Positions 38,536-50,537 of a stretch of 64,000 nt of DNA are shown here, piece after piece. The notes beneath the pieces were generated by a model. It was not told the origin of the DNA. It was given only the letters and a program-made list of their open reading frames with translations, and searched no databases. Each line of letters starts with the position of its first letter. Position 1 is the first letter of the stretch. The position numbers were made by a program, and so were the translations under genes. Source of the stretch: Vezdaea acicularis (lineage: Eukaryota); the NCBI GenBank assembly GCA_026025075.1, contig JAPEUI010000054.1:1-64000 (forward strand). The letters are read 5' to 3'.

Positions 38536-39287
38536 CTATAGGGCCAACAACCCGACCATGCCCGCAGCCAACAATCCCCCAAGGGCTGCCGTCGCCGCCG
38601 CCGCCGCGCCGGTACTCGAGCTCGTGGGTTTCGTCGTGACGGCTGATGTTGCCGATGAGCTGGAGGCCGCGGAGGAGGGCCTAGGTTTGGAAGGTGAACT
38701 ACCTGAGCTGGTCGAACTGGTGCTACCACTAGACGTAGTGCTCGCACTACCGCTGCTGCTGGAGGAGCCAGAGGAAGAAGAAGCACCAGTAGGTGCGACG
38801 CTGCTGGGGGTGGATTTGGCGGTATATGTCGGTTGAGTGGGCGAGTCGATATAGAAGAAGGGCGAATAATTGACCATCGACGGATCGCTGTCGGAGACGA
38901 TTTCGAGGGCGTAGTCCCCGCCTTTGTGGATGGAGGTCGAGGGGTTCCAGGTGTATTTCCCCGTGTTGGGGAGATTTGCTTTTTGTTGAAAAAGTCAGTC
39001 GGGGAAAGAGACAGTTAGGCGCAGGGAGGGGGGAGAGGAAAGGAGGAGGACGTTTACGTACAAGCGATCGTCACGCCCGGGTCGAGATTCGCGGATGTCC
39101 CTTCGCGCAGGATCAGCGTGACGGTACCCGAGGTCGTGGGTTGCCAGCTGATGTCGGTGTTGGTGCCGGCGGTGAAGTAGAGGGAGCCGGAGATGGAGAA
39201 GGGGTTGGGGGAGTTTCCCTGGGCGCGGATGGCGGTGGGAGCGATGGCGGCGAGGAGCGCGAGGGAGGGGAATAGGGGGATATGCAT
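38536..39287 (-). CDS. GPI-anchored Ser/Thr-rich cell-surface protein with a Kre9/Knh1-like N-terminal domain; exons 39287-39062 and 38978-38536
   Basis: Signal peptide, ISWQPTTSGTVTLILREG, |SNLPNTGKYTW, VNYSPFF, a Ser/Thr tract and a hydrophobic GPI tail. Confidence 0.85.
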
Positions 39288-40770
39288 CGCGAAGCGCGTG
39301 TAGATGTATGTTACTGGTATGCGAAGGAGCGACGGATAAATTTTGGTGTAATTGGAAAAGGCGAAGGAGTGAAGTAATGAAGGGAAGGAAGGGGACGACG
39401 ATGTTTTTCTAGAGAGTGGATGGGGAGGGCGTGGGGCGCCGGTAGTTCTTAAGGGGGTGGGGAACGAAGCTCGGGAAATTGGCGCAAAAAAGGATCTGCC
39501 TACGGCGGTGGAGCGAAGGTCACCAGGCGGGTCAAGCGCGAGAAGGGCTGGGCCGACCGGGGCGCATTTCTCACCGTCGAAGCCGCGGAGAGAGGGAGGG
39601 TTACATCTTGGGAGCCGACTATGCGCTGCTTTTTCCGAGCAAGACGCGACCTTGTGGCTTGTTCGGGGCTGAAGGGCGCAGAAGAGGTGGTTGGATTGGT
39701 TGGCGGATCAGATAAGGTTTGGGGGAAGCAAGCAAGCGGTGGTCCGAGCTGACGTCGGCTGTTGCGATGGAAGGGCAAGGGCATTGGTGATGGTTCGCAG
39801 GATTTGGTAGCCATAAACAGAGAATGGATACGAGAGATCGCATGGTTTTGTGGCTTCTGATGTCGTGTTGTAGCGGTGGTGGTGTTTTTTTTTTGGCTTC
39901 GACGAGCTCGCTATCCCCTGCCCCATCCCTGGGACTTTCGACTGCATCTCGCATCTCAAGGCTGCCTGGAACCGCGGTTTGCGGCTGAACAGCGCTTTCC
40001 ATCGGACAATGCGAGGGCCCGGCTTCTTCCGTTGCAGCTCGGCTTCTGGCAAAAAAGCAGAGAGATAAAGCTGTCATCGGCGCGTCTCTGTATCTCTGAG
40101 ATTGATGCTCCATGTTGGACACCACCGCGGATTGTTTACAAGATGCGGTTGCGAGCAGCTCCTCCGACGCGCTCCCATCGGCTAGATCACCTGATCGGCA
40201 GGCTTGGGACCAGCAGGGATCCCGTCGCCTCGAGGATGCAGGAACCCGCCGTGCTATCGCTGGCTCGCGCCGGAGACATAACTCAAAAGTCGGGCCTGTC
40301 CTTGTTTTTGAGCAAGTTCGTTGGATGTAATGAACGCCCGGGACGAACGCCTAAGACGGCACAAAAACGTGGGGTTTAAAGGTTTTCCTTTCTTTTTTTT
40401 GCTCACAAAATCAACGTCATCTGTTGCGGTGTCCATGTCAATTGGCGTGATCAAGCTAGCTAGCTACATACATGAAGGACCACCAGAAGGCAAAAGCGCT
40501 CGCGCAAAGCAGTTGCGGACCGTGGCCGCCAGGACAAAATATCCAGACACTTGCCAATGGCCGTGACGCCATGAATATGCGGAAAAGAAGATTACCCCTC
40601 ATGATGCTCTTCCCCCTCTTCTTAAAGCAAAGCCCATGCGTTAATTTTGTTTTGACAAAGGAAGCGACAACCACAAGCCCACACAGCCCGAACGTACCAC
40701 AAGATCGATCTTAGAGGCGAAGACGGAAGGATGACTGCGATTGTAGATGCAAAATCGTGGAACAGGTTTT

Positions 40771-41528
40771 CTAGTTGAGGTAGAGCATTGCCGCAACCGC
40801 GCAGAGCACAATCGCCAGGGGGCTAGACAGACCGGCAGCGGACGAGCTTGGTGCACTAGTGCCAGTGGAGCCAGCAGCACTGGTAGTGGCCGTCGTGGTC
40901 GCGGTCCCGGTCGTGGTCGAGGCCTTGAGGGTAGCGGATGACATGGTGGTGTTTCGGCTCAAGTTGGTCACGCTGCTGGCCGAGACGGTGCTGGCGATGG
41001 TGGCGTTCTTCGAGGTCGGGGCGGCAGTGATGGTGGAGTTCAGTCCGGATGAGACAGTGGAAGCTTGCGGTTGTCCGCCAACGATAGCGAATTGTCCAGA
41101 GAAGTTGACCAGGCCATTCGCGTCAATCTCCAAGGCATAATCGGTACCAGAGACAAGGCTGGAGTCCGGTGTCCAAAGGAATGAACCGCCGGTAGCAGAA
41201 GCTGGGCAATGGAAGTTAGCTTTCGGTTCTTTCGACGCCTCTCCCCAAGGTGCACTCACTAGTCAAGGTAGAGATTGTGGCAAGATTCTGCGGGTTGCCC
41301 TTTCGGAGGATGATCGTGGCAGGCTGCAATAATCAAATCAGCGAAAGTTCAAGCGACATCCTCGTCAAGGATACTCACGCCTGAAGCACCACTGAAGGTA
41401 ATGTTCGCCGACTGGCCGACCGTGACCGAGGTCGGGGTGGAGGTGAATGCGAGATTGCCAGTGCCCTGGGCAGTAACGGCCGCGGCGAAGGCAGAGGCGC
41501 CGATGAAAAGCGTCTTGAGGAAATGCAT
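40771..41528 (-). CDS. Second GPI-anchored Ser/Thr-rich protein of the same family; exons 41528-41379, 41323-41260, 41201-40771
   Basis: Signal peptide, LAFTSTP, TIILRKGNPQNL, FLWTP...DYALEI...NFSGQF, a Thr/Ser tract and the tail SSPLAIVLCAVAAMLYLN. Confidence 0.88.
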
Positions 41529-42689
41529 CTTGAACGAGGTAACCTTTGGAGTTGGATGGGTAATTGGATGAGTGCTGAGGTTCGAACGAGTGACTGGAGG
41601 ACGGGCGGGCCTGTGCGCGTGAGAAGAGTGATCTTCTGAACTAGATGTTGGATTAGTATTAAAAGCGTGTAGAAATTGAGTCGGCGCGAGAGATGTTTGA
41701 AGTGAGTGTAAATTGACTCGTGGCAGCGGTTGCAGGAGAAGAGTGAGTGAGAGTAGGGGAAAGGGAGGGAAAGAGGGAGGAGAAGGGCGGTCGCCACTTA
41801 CAAATAAGATGAGCCGTGGCTCGAAACGAGTGTGGTGGAGACGGGGGTGGGTGGGCAAGGACGAAGACGTGACCGCCGGGATCTGAGACGTGAACGGTCG
41901 AGGGAGAGGAGGGAGGACGAGGAGCCAACGGTCGCTGGCCTCTTCTTAGCGCGTGGGCGCCGTCGCGCAAGGAAGCGAAATTGCTGGGGAGACCCGGCGC
42001 GCAGGGCCCCAAACACACCTCAGGGGACCGGGGCAACGGAGGCCTGCCATTCGCCACACCGAAGAATTCATCGTCGATTTACGACTTCGCGCTCAGCAAC
42101 GTCAATGCCACAATGCACCTTGATGGATGATGCTCCGCTTTAGCAATTGCATATCTATGAAGCTCCATTCATCTCGATGAACGGGTTCACACATCGAGCT
42201 TGTGAAAGTTTGCGAATTTGCAAAAGCTCGACCGATTTTAAGCACGCAATGGACCGCTGATGCTATTTTTGTCCGTCGCTTGCACCGTGCGCTCCGGGCT
42301 CAGCATCGACAATGCTCTGAGACTATGGGACCGAGTCGATAGAAGCGACTCGCAGGTGAGGCTTGGATGAGCTGAGAACCATTCATGCCTTCTCCGATGA
42401 CATCTCGACAGTAGTCAAGAAATTCATTCGATTGATATTGTTAGGGTTCCGAGAAGGCGAGGCTCCTTTTCGGCAGCCACCTCCACATCTTTCATCCAAT
42501 CAGGGCACACCGTCGACCCCCCAATCGACCTCCATAACAAATCCCAGAGACACCGACGTCAGCAAGGTGACGCGTTGCCATATCCACCTACATGGTTTTG
42601 TTATCGATAGCAGAACTCCGCCTCTAAACCCCTACCCCACCAATAACCCCCAACGCTGCATTATTAGCGGCCTATATTCCACAGCAACC

Positions 42690-44442
42690 ATGGACATAGT
42701 CGTTGCGAGCAAGCCCTACTACACAGCCCCCTCGAACCTTGCACCCAACCCGAGCATTGGACTGTTCGCGGCGTCATCCTTGCAACCAGGAAACCAGATC
42801 TTATCGATCCCACAATCGCTACTGGCGATTCCTGACAATGAGCATCTGAACGAGACGTGTGCTCATTGTTTCGCGTGGAAGCCGGCTGTGGATGTGGGCT
42901 CATCGGTGCAAGGCTTGCTTGATGGAAACAAGAGGCTGAGATTCTGCAAGAAATGTAGGACCGTCAAATACTGTAGCACGGTGGGTATGGAATATTTCCC
43001 TGTACTTGAATGTATCTCTTCATCTAGCAAACCCTCAATCCCAATGAATTCCCAGTCTCTGAACTTCCGAGTTCAAACTTACCAATTATCTTTACGTGTT
43101 ACTTTGATATGCTTTCAGCATCGGTTCATGCCTACACAAAAGGCCCATTTTCAGCATACTTCCTTTGTCGGTGTTTTCTCAAGTTTACTATACCCTTTAC
43201 AGGCGCCCTTATCTCACGCTACGTCTTTCTAGTCATGCTCCAGTGCTTCCTGGGGTCAAGCCCACAAATACGAATGTAAGGTATACGCCAAACTACAAGG
43301 TCGAGTCCTCCCTACGACCGTACGTGCCGTGATACAGCTCCTAGGCCGCAAAGAAGATGGCGCGATATCAGACAACGTCTGGAATGACTTTATAGCACTC
43401 CCCTCACACCAGGATAAGTTTCGCAACGCTGCTGGGTCAACGTGGGAAGACATCTGTCTCATGAGCAAGGGCGCCGAGAGCTACTCCAAGACGACTCTCG
43501 GCATCGATCTCGTCCGCGACGTGTACTGCAGAGTAAATCCCCCCGCCCCTGGTTCCATAAGCTTCGTCCCCTAATTGCTCCCAACTAACGCCAACCCTCT
43601 AGATCCTCATAAACAGCCACACCCTCACAACTCCGACTCTTGACCCGCTGGGCATATCCCTAGACCCCCTCTCCGCGATCCCCAACCACTCCTGCACGCC
43701 CAACGCCTACGTTCTCTTCACCAACGCCACCCTCACCCTCCACCCCCTCCTCCCCATCCCCAAGGACACCGAAATAACCCTCTCCTACATCGACAGCACC
43801 GACCTCTTCCACCGGCGCCACCTCGAGCTCAAGTCCCACTACTTCTTCACCTGCACCTGTCCACTCTGCGAGACCCGCTCCCCTCCCATCCCCCCCTCCC
43901 AAATCCCCGCCGCCGAAGAAGCCTACACGCTCGTCGCGCGCGCCCGCAAAGTCCCCGGCACCCCCGAAGTCCTCGAGGAGCTAAAGAACGCCTACGGCGT
44001 CCTTCACCTCGACATGGAGCCCACCTACCCACTCACGCGCCAACCCTTCCCCACCATCGTGAAGCTACTCGCGACAAACAGGCTCGTACTGGGCGACCCC
44101 ATCGGCACGCTGCTACGCTACAAGGCGCTGTACCAGGCCGTCAACCCAGAGCTGTATCCGCAGGCGTGGCATCCCGTGCGCGTCGTGGACGCGTGGGTCT
44201 TCGCCATGATGCTCATCTTTGTCGCGACGGAGGATGAGGAATCGCGCGGCAATCCCGAGGAGCAGAGGAGGCGCTGGGGGGATCAGATCTGGGAGGTCCT
44301 GGCCTATGTGAAGGAGAATGTGGGGACGAGTCATGGGGATGCGAGTCTCTTCGCGGGCGTGGTCAGGAGGAAGTTTGAGGAGGTTTGGAAGGATATGGGG
44401 TACCCCGAGGGCTCAAGTGGAGGTGTGGGACTGGAGAATTGA
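42690..44442 (+). CDS. SET and MYND domain lysine methyltransferase (SMYD-like); exons 42690-42980, 43233-43532, 43603-44442
   Basis: GLFA SET-N motif, MYND finger CAHC...CKKCRTVKYCST|SC...HKYEC, NHSCTPNA, EITLSYID and post-SET YFFTCTCPLC. Confidence 0.92.
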
Positions 44443-44851
44443 TCGAGCGGAATCCCAGGATTTACGTTGATGATCGCGGATGCAGATGTGGAAATTCCGA
44501 ATAATCTCGTATTCCTTAAATAGGCAGCGCCATCGGGTGATACGCTTACTAGAAACTAGTCAATTGCTGGAGCAAATCTACCCGCAAATACCCACCCAAA
44601 TTCCAGACCTGAACAAGAGGGTGTTCCTTGGAGGAAAGAAAATATCCCGGGATGATGTCAACGTTATTCTCCTCCCTGAATTTCAAACAAGCATGCCGCA
44701 GATACAGAGCTGACGTGAGATCTCAAAACATGAGAGTGGTTGTCGTGGAACCTGTGACCGCATCGACGTCGCAACCCCTTCAAACCGACCACAGTATTGC
44801 CACCACGCACGACCAAATTCCGAGCACCGAGTAAAGTCTCACGCTCCATGT

Positions 44852-47665
44852 CTACCGGCTGAAGAAGTCACGTTTCCCATCATCCCAATCACTGCGATCC
44901 CAATCCGACTGCCAAGTCGGGGCATTCCTGGCCGTCTGCCTATCCAGGGATTCCAGGCGCGCAAGTCTCCGAAACTGTTCAGCTCTCAGCTTGTCTTCCA
45001 CTCCAAAGTAATCTCTGAGCAAAATGCTGTCGGCGCGTTCAACCACGTCCTTCGCCAAACCTGCGAGTCGGTATAAAAGGCCGTCCTTCAGGATGTCTTC
45101 GGGCGTCCAGGTGCTAGTCTCGCCGGGCTTGAGGCGCGTATTTTCGGCGAGGACGCTTTGCACGGGGAATGGGACAAGACTGAGTTCGTAGCAGATGATC
45201 CGGCCGTCTTTTCCGACGGTGGGTGGGATGACATTTGTGGCGGCGCACTTGCTGGGGTCTTGCTTATCGTGGAGCATGTCAAGGATTTGGACTTCGGTGA
45301 TGCAGAGTGCTATGTCTGGGGCTTTGGTTGACTTGTGCCATGATCGACGCCTGAGCCAAACCGACTCAACCTCGAGGTCGGTTTGGGCTGTGTACCAAAG
45401 CTCAAGAGATTGACCGCCATGCCTGACACCTTAATTAATGCAAGGCATCTTATGAGGTAGTGTGGGAAGCTACTCACGGTTTACTGATCGTTGCAAGGAG
45501 TTTCTTCACGTCTTCGTGGTATTGGGTAGGAATGCTTGTGCCCGTCACTGATAGCATTGAATCCCAGGTGCTGTTGTGATTAGTCGGCGTACATTGTAGC
45601 ATGATTGGCATACTCACCAATGTGGATAATATGACAAGGCTTGACCGATTACTTCGACTTCACCCTTGACCTGATATTCTTAATAAAGTGAAAGACTCTC
45701 CACGTTTTATGAGTGCTCACCTGATATTCAAATGAATCGATGTCCACTTCAAGTATGAAAGTCTTTCCATGCTTGCTCAGGTGGAATTCATATATAGATG
45801 ATCTCGCGAAGGTATTTTCCTCAAATAAGAAGTTGATCTTGCGATACTTTAAGTTTATAATGAATCCGACATCCGTGAACAATTTCGTGAACCTGACTAC
45901 CAGTTAGAATATCTGCGTAATTGTACGGCCTCGCTACTTGTAATATGAAGGTAGGGCGTTGGTGAATAATACAATGAGGTCAACTTACATTTGATTGAAA
46001 GCTGGCTCGCCTGGTAGACGGCCATTCTCCAAGCGAAGCACAATAGATTTCCATTCTTCGGTGCTCAATGGAGATCCATCGAGCTGCTTAGGCTCCTCAA
46101 TAATAGCAAGACCAATGTCTATCTGCATTTGTACAATTCCGCTAAATGTACGTGCACGACGTAGGGCTTCTAGCATTACCATCTCTAGTTTCGTTACTTT
46201 TAGGTCAGAAATATCAAATTTGACCACTCCGCCCTCTGTGCCAGTTTCGTTGCATTGAGGAGAAGGGGACGGAATCCATCCGCGAAGCGTTGCCCCAAAA
46301 CTCCTCTCTGCACCAAAAGCCTTGGAGCCGTAATCGCGCCAATCGTTTAGACCAACGTTCTTTAAAGCGGATATTTCTCTGAGTTTTTCATCCGGTAATT
46401 TGGAGTTGGGCCTTGCGAGACGACAGGCATACAGCGAACTGACCGCTTCAGCTAGAGGCAAGCCCAGAGGTTCGAGGATTTTAATGCAATCTCTCTCGCA
46501 ATCCTCCAACGGTTGAAAGGAGGCTTCACCTTTGCTTTCCTTTTTCTTCGCCTCTATAAAGTGAGCATGAGACTTACTCGCTTCTGAGAGGTGGATGGCA
46601 AGGTCTCCGTGTTGACGCTCATGCTTCTGCTCAATAGCATCCAACTCTACCACGGCCTTCAAAACTTTTATTTCTTCAGTGCCTCCGACGTGAATCTGAC
46701 CCAGGTAGAAAGCGGCCAAGCAATCAAACTTATCCATGAGATCTTTCAAGATGGATGGGGTATCAGACTTGGATGGAAAGTCACTATCTCTCAGCTTCGG
46801 CTTCCAGACTTCGTAGCTCTGGCTTAGCCTAATGTATGACAGGAGAGGTTGAGTGGTTTCCAAAGTATCCTCATTTTCCCAGTCATCATCTTCCTGCTAT
46901 CGAATTATTGAATGCGTCTAGCGCTAAATCGATCTCAATACTTACGGAGTTGTCGTCGCCTTCATGGTCGGGCACTGTAGATTGCAGTCTAGACTGCCCA
47001 GCCTCCACAAGAGCGTAAAGCGTTTTCCGCGCATTGTCCACATGTCGATGAGGTGCATTGCCCGTAAACAACTGCGAACATATACGTAAGAAGAGAACAG
47101 GATCAGGAAATGGGGGATTGAGTAAACATACTTTGTCGTGTGCAGAATAAACAATATCCTCGCAACTCTTCAAGTATTAAATCAGCATAGTTTGAAGACG
47201 TATTTGCAAGTCAAGGGCGCGAGGGATCTCTTCTTACCCAGTTTGCGGCGTTAAATCTACACCCAGTCAGTATTGTGAAGATTTGGAGTATGTGCTAGCG
47301 TACGCGTATTGTGTTAATATCTCTTTCACCCTAACAGCAGCGAGGGTGACCTTCGTGCGGACTCGGAACTGTGACAGACCCTCACGTCGTGTGGAGGTCA
47401 CAGTTCCGCCGCGGCGAGTGGGAGAAGCCTTGTATCCACGTCGCGTGGAAGGAGCCATGTCACCACGTCGCGTGGAAGGAGCCATGTCACCACGTCGCGT
47501 GGAAGGAGTAATGTCACCACGTCGTTGATGAACACCCACTATGCCACGTTGTTGAAGAGCATCCATTCCACCAGGTGGTTGATGGGAACCTATAACACCA
47601 CGCTGTGAGGGAGTAGCACCGCCACCACGGCCACCACGACTGCCACGTCGTGGAGGATGAGCCAT
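44852..47665 (-). CDS. Uncharacterised ~779-aa protein with an N-terminal Arg/Gly repeat array; exons 47665-47304, 47256-47238, 47167-47132, 47071-46946, 46896-45989, 45892-45721, 45670-45618, 45570-45478, 45422-44852
   Basis: Eight GT-AG introns join five ORF-track fragments into one uninterrupted 2340-nt frame, with consistent phases at every junction. Confidence 0.75.
47382..47545 (-). repeat. 27-bp coding minisatellite encoding TRRGDMAPS-like nonapeptides
   Basis: ccacgtcgcgtggaaggagccatgtca units at 47436, 47463 and 47490, with degenerate in-phase copies at 47382, 47409 and 47517. Confidence 0.9.
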
Positions 47666-48328
47666 TGCGTTTCGGGTTTGTTGCTATATTTGCAGAGCAT
47701 TGATCAATATATTGGACAGCTACGAGCTAAGGGGCTAGAAATGTTTTTCTGATGACGAGAATTTTGTTGGGAGTGATTACCTAGTTATTTGCAGAGTACT
47801 GAATAGAAAGGGTTACAAAGAGTAAAGACAAGACGGGGGAGTGTTGAAGTAGAACGTAAAAGGAAAATGAACGTTCCAGATGAATTCCCAAAACATCAGG
47901 AACGATCTCGGCTACGAGCGTTCCGTAATACAGGAATCCTCTCTCGTACCAACGCAATAGCACAGGACTTTTGTTAACGAGTGAGTTTTCAGGAAAAAAC
48001 AAGGGGCAAATAGAAGACATGTGTCTCTATCTATGCGTATGTTACGATGTTCTATGGCGTCGCGAACTCCCAAGTGTCTTGAACTGAACACAGAGCTTGG
48101 GGAGAATGGAAAGGTGGATCGGGCTATTGCCTTTGTCGGTTTGGCAATAAATCTTCCTAGCCGGATTCTGGTGCACGACTAATCACAGGGACAGAAATGT
48201 AGATTAGATACTTACAACCTGCAGAACGTCGGAATGGTCGGAGATCGGATAAGACTGTCGGAGAATATGACCTAGACTGTATTGCCTACACTATACTAGT
48301 AGCTTGACGAGATGTTTCGCGAGCAGTC

Positions 48329-50195
48329 TCACGCCTTCTTGCTCCCATCAGCTTTCCATGCAGTGCCTCTTCTACTACTCCGTGTCTGTGGCTTTCCTTT
48401 CGCTTTCGCTTTGCCTCCTGCTATTCGCTTCTTAGTACCAGTTCCAACGCCTTTGCTGCTTGCGCGGTGTCCCTCGAAAACAAATTGCTCAGGGGTATTC
48501 ATGAAACTACCATCCCGAGATCGCCGTAATCTTTTCTCTAGAGGGGGCCTAGCTTTAGCTGCACCGGCACGCCCAAGAAGTTTGCTAGTAGACGTATTGG
48601 CGTTCCGAACACCCTGCCTTGTGTTGGCGATATTTGTATGATTAGGATTCGCTTTTCTAGGGAAAATTTTCGAATTTTGAGAACTCAGTCCCTGGGCGTT
48701 TTTGGTGATAGGTTTCGCTCGGGTAACTCGAAGTTTTCGGGGCAACAGCGGTGGATACTTCTTATCGTTTAGAAGAAGAGCAGCCTCAACAGCATTTGCA
48801 TCCTAGAAGCATAGGTTATTACCTGAATCGCGGGGCATAGAATATCCAAATACCTTGAACTGCACGTAAGCAAATCCCTTTCCAACTCGAGTAGTAGCAT
48901 CCCTAACGACCCGCACACTCTCAACCTTTCCTACCTTCCCAAACTGGACCCAGAGACCCTCTTCAACATCCGCCGGTTGTTTCTTCTTCTTAGACACTAC
49001 CTTTGGCGAGTCGCTCTGCCCCGTCTCAATCGCGCTCTCATCATCAACAAAACTTAAGTTACCTACGAACACGCATCGCCGTGGATCTGTAGTTGCCGGG
49101 CTCGCCACCCCATCGACCCTTAGATGTCTGCCTAGAACAATGGTACCGTTGAGCCTCTTGACAGCCTCCTTCGCTGCTATTGCAGTTGTGTAAACAGCAT
49201 AAGCATTGGTGCTCTTTGTCGTTGCATCCATTAACTCCTTCTTGGCAAATGCTGCCTTCTTTGGTAAGACTCTGCTTGAGAAAGCAGTAGATCGGAACCG
49301 AATTGACTCCACCTGATGCATAACTTTCCCTGGAGACTCTGATGGTAGAGAGGGCAGGAATGATGATAAGTGGTTGATCAAAATCTTTTTAGCTGACTTA
49401 GACAAAATCGCTTCAATGGAGACATTTCCAAGGAACACCGTTCGAGAAGACTTCTCAATCTCCAAAGACGACTCACTGGTGAGCGTACTTTCATGTTGTA
49501 GGGTGCGTGAAGAATACTCGACTTCGAACAATCTCTCGCGGGCAGGATTGCTGGAGGTGCTGCTACTGCTACTGCTACGAGCATCTCTTTTGGGTACATC
49601 TGTAGCGATCTCGTGCTGGAGAGCCTTTTCTTCCCCCTCCTTGAGCTTTTCGGACCGCAGTTCTTCAAGAGCCAGCCGCTTCATGTAGATGTCCTCAACT
49701 TCTTCCTTGCTATCCCGTTTTCGTTTTCGGGTGAGCTTCTTGTTCTTTGATATATCTGGAAAGTTGACTGTTTTGACATTGAAAATATCGCCATCTTGCG
49801 ATAAGCTTGTTTCGACTGGGCGTGCACTGTAGGCATCTTCTGTCAGGGCCTTACTTTGACGGCGCAATAGACCTCTTTCGTCCTTGTTTGGTCCAATTGG
49901 TGGGGGGCCCTGTCCTGCCGGATCTTCTTGGGCAGGTAATGAATTGCCACGGAAAGGCTTTGGAGGACTTACAACCGGCCCGAACTAGCTTTATATGTCA
50001 GTCTTGGTCTTACGAGCTACGCCTAATGGCTTTGGTGTCTGAACCAATGGATTGACTTACGCTTGAAGTAAAAAGCGCATCTAATTCAGGATCAATATTG
50101 TTTGCATTCCCAATAACAGTCAACTCCTTTGCATCGTTCGCTTTGGACAGGTTCGCATCCTCGTGGATGTCCTTCTTGCGTTTGAGTTTTGCCAT
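48329..50195 (-). CDS. NOP12: Nucleolar protein 12 (two RRMs), 3 exons
   Basis: [60 protein letters not shown]...[19 protein letters not shown] and VFEGHRAS. Confidence 0.95.
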
Positions 50196-50537
50196 TTAAC
50201 GGCTTCACACCTCTGGAACACAATCAAGAGCGCGTGGAACAAGTCAAAGCACCTAACATTTAAGAGAGCTACAGACGTTCGCTAGGGGAGAAATGGAGTC
50301 ACCGAAGCCAAATTTTGGCCTTCTCTCGCATTTTTGTGGTCACAGAGCACCTCGCTAAACCGATTGGGTGTCGCAACTCCGCGTGAATGCGCGAAAGTTA
50401 ATTCTGCCGTTTCGCGGCTCTTGTTCCGTCATTTCTTGCAGGGATCCACTCAGCGAGAGATCGTGACCTCCCACGCACAATAGAATGCTTGTTCATCTCC
50501 AACTTTCGACCGCATATTTACCTTGTATAGTGCGTCC

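Noticed and set aside
42440..42449. GTTAGGGTT as a possible telomerase RNA template (minus strand)
   Set aside because: A single 9-mer in a ~1.1-kb divergent promoter, with no other recognisable telomerase RNA elements.
47436..47525. Palindromic 27-bp repeats as a CRISPR array
   Set aside because: The repeats are contiguous without unique spacers, lie in a eukaryotic coding exon, and no cas genes are present.
50196..50537. Missing N-terminal exons or truncation of DEP1
   Set aside because: A possible acceptor lies at 50530 but I found no convincing upstream coding exon; a short N-terminus cannot be distinguished from a UTR intron without RNA data.
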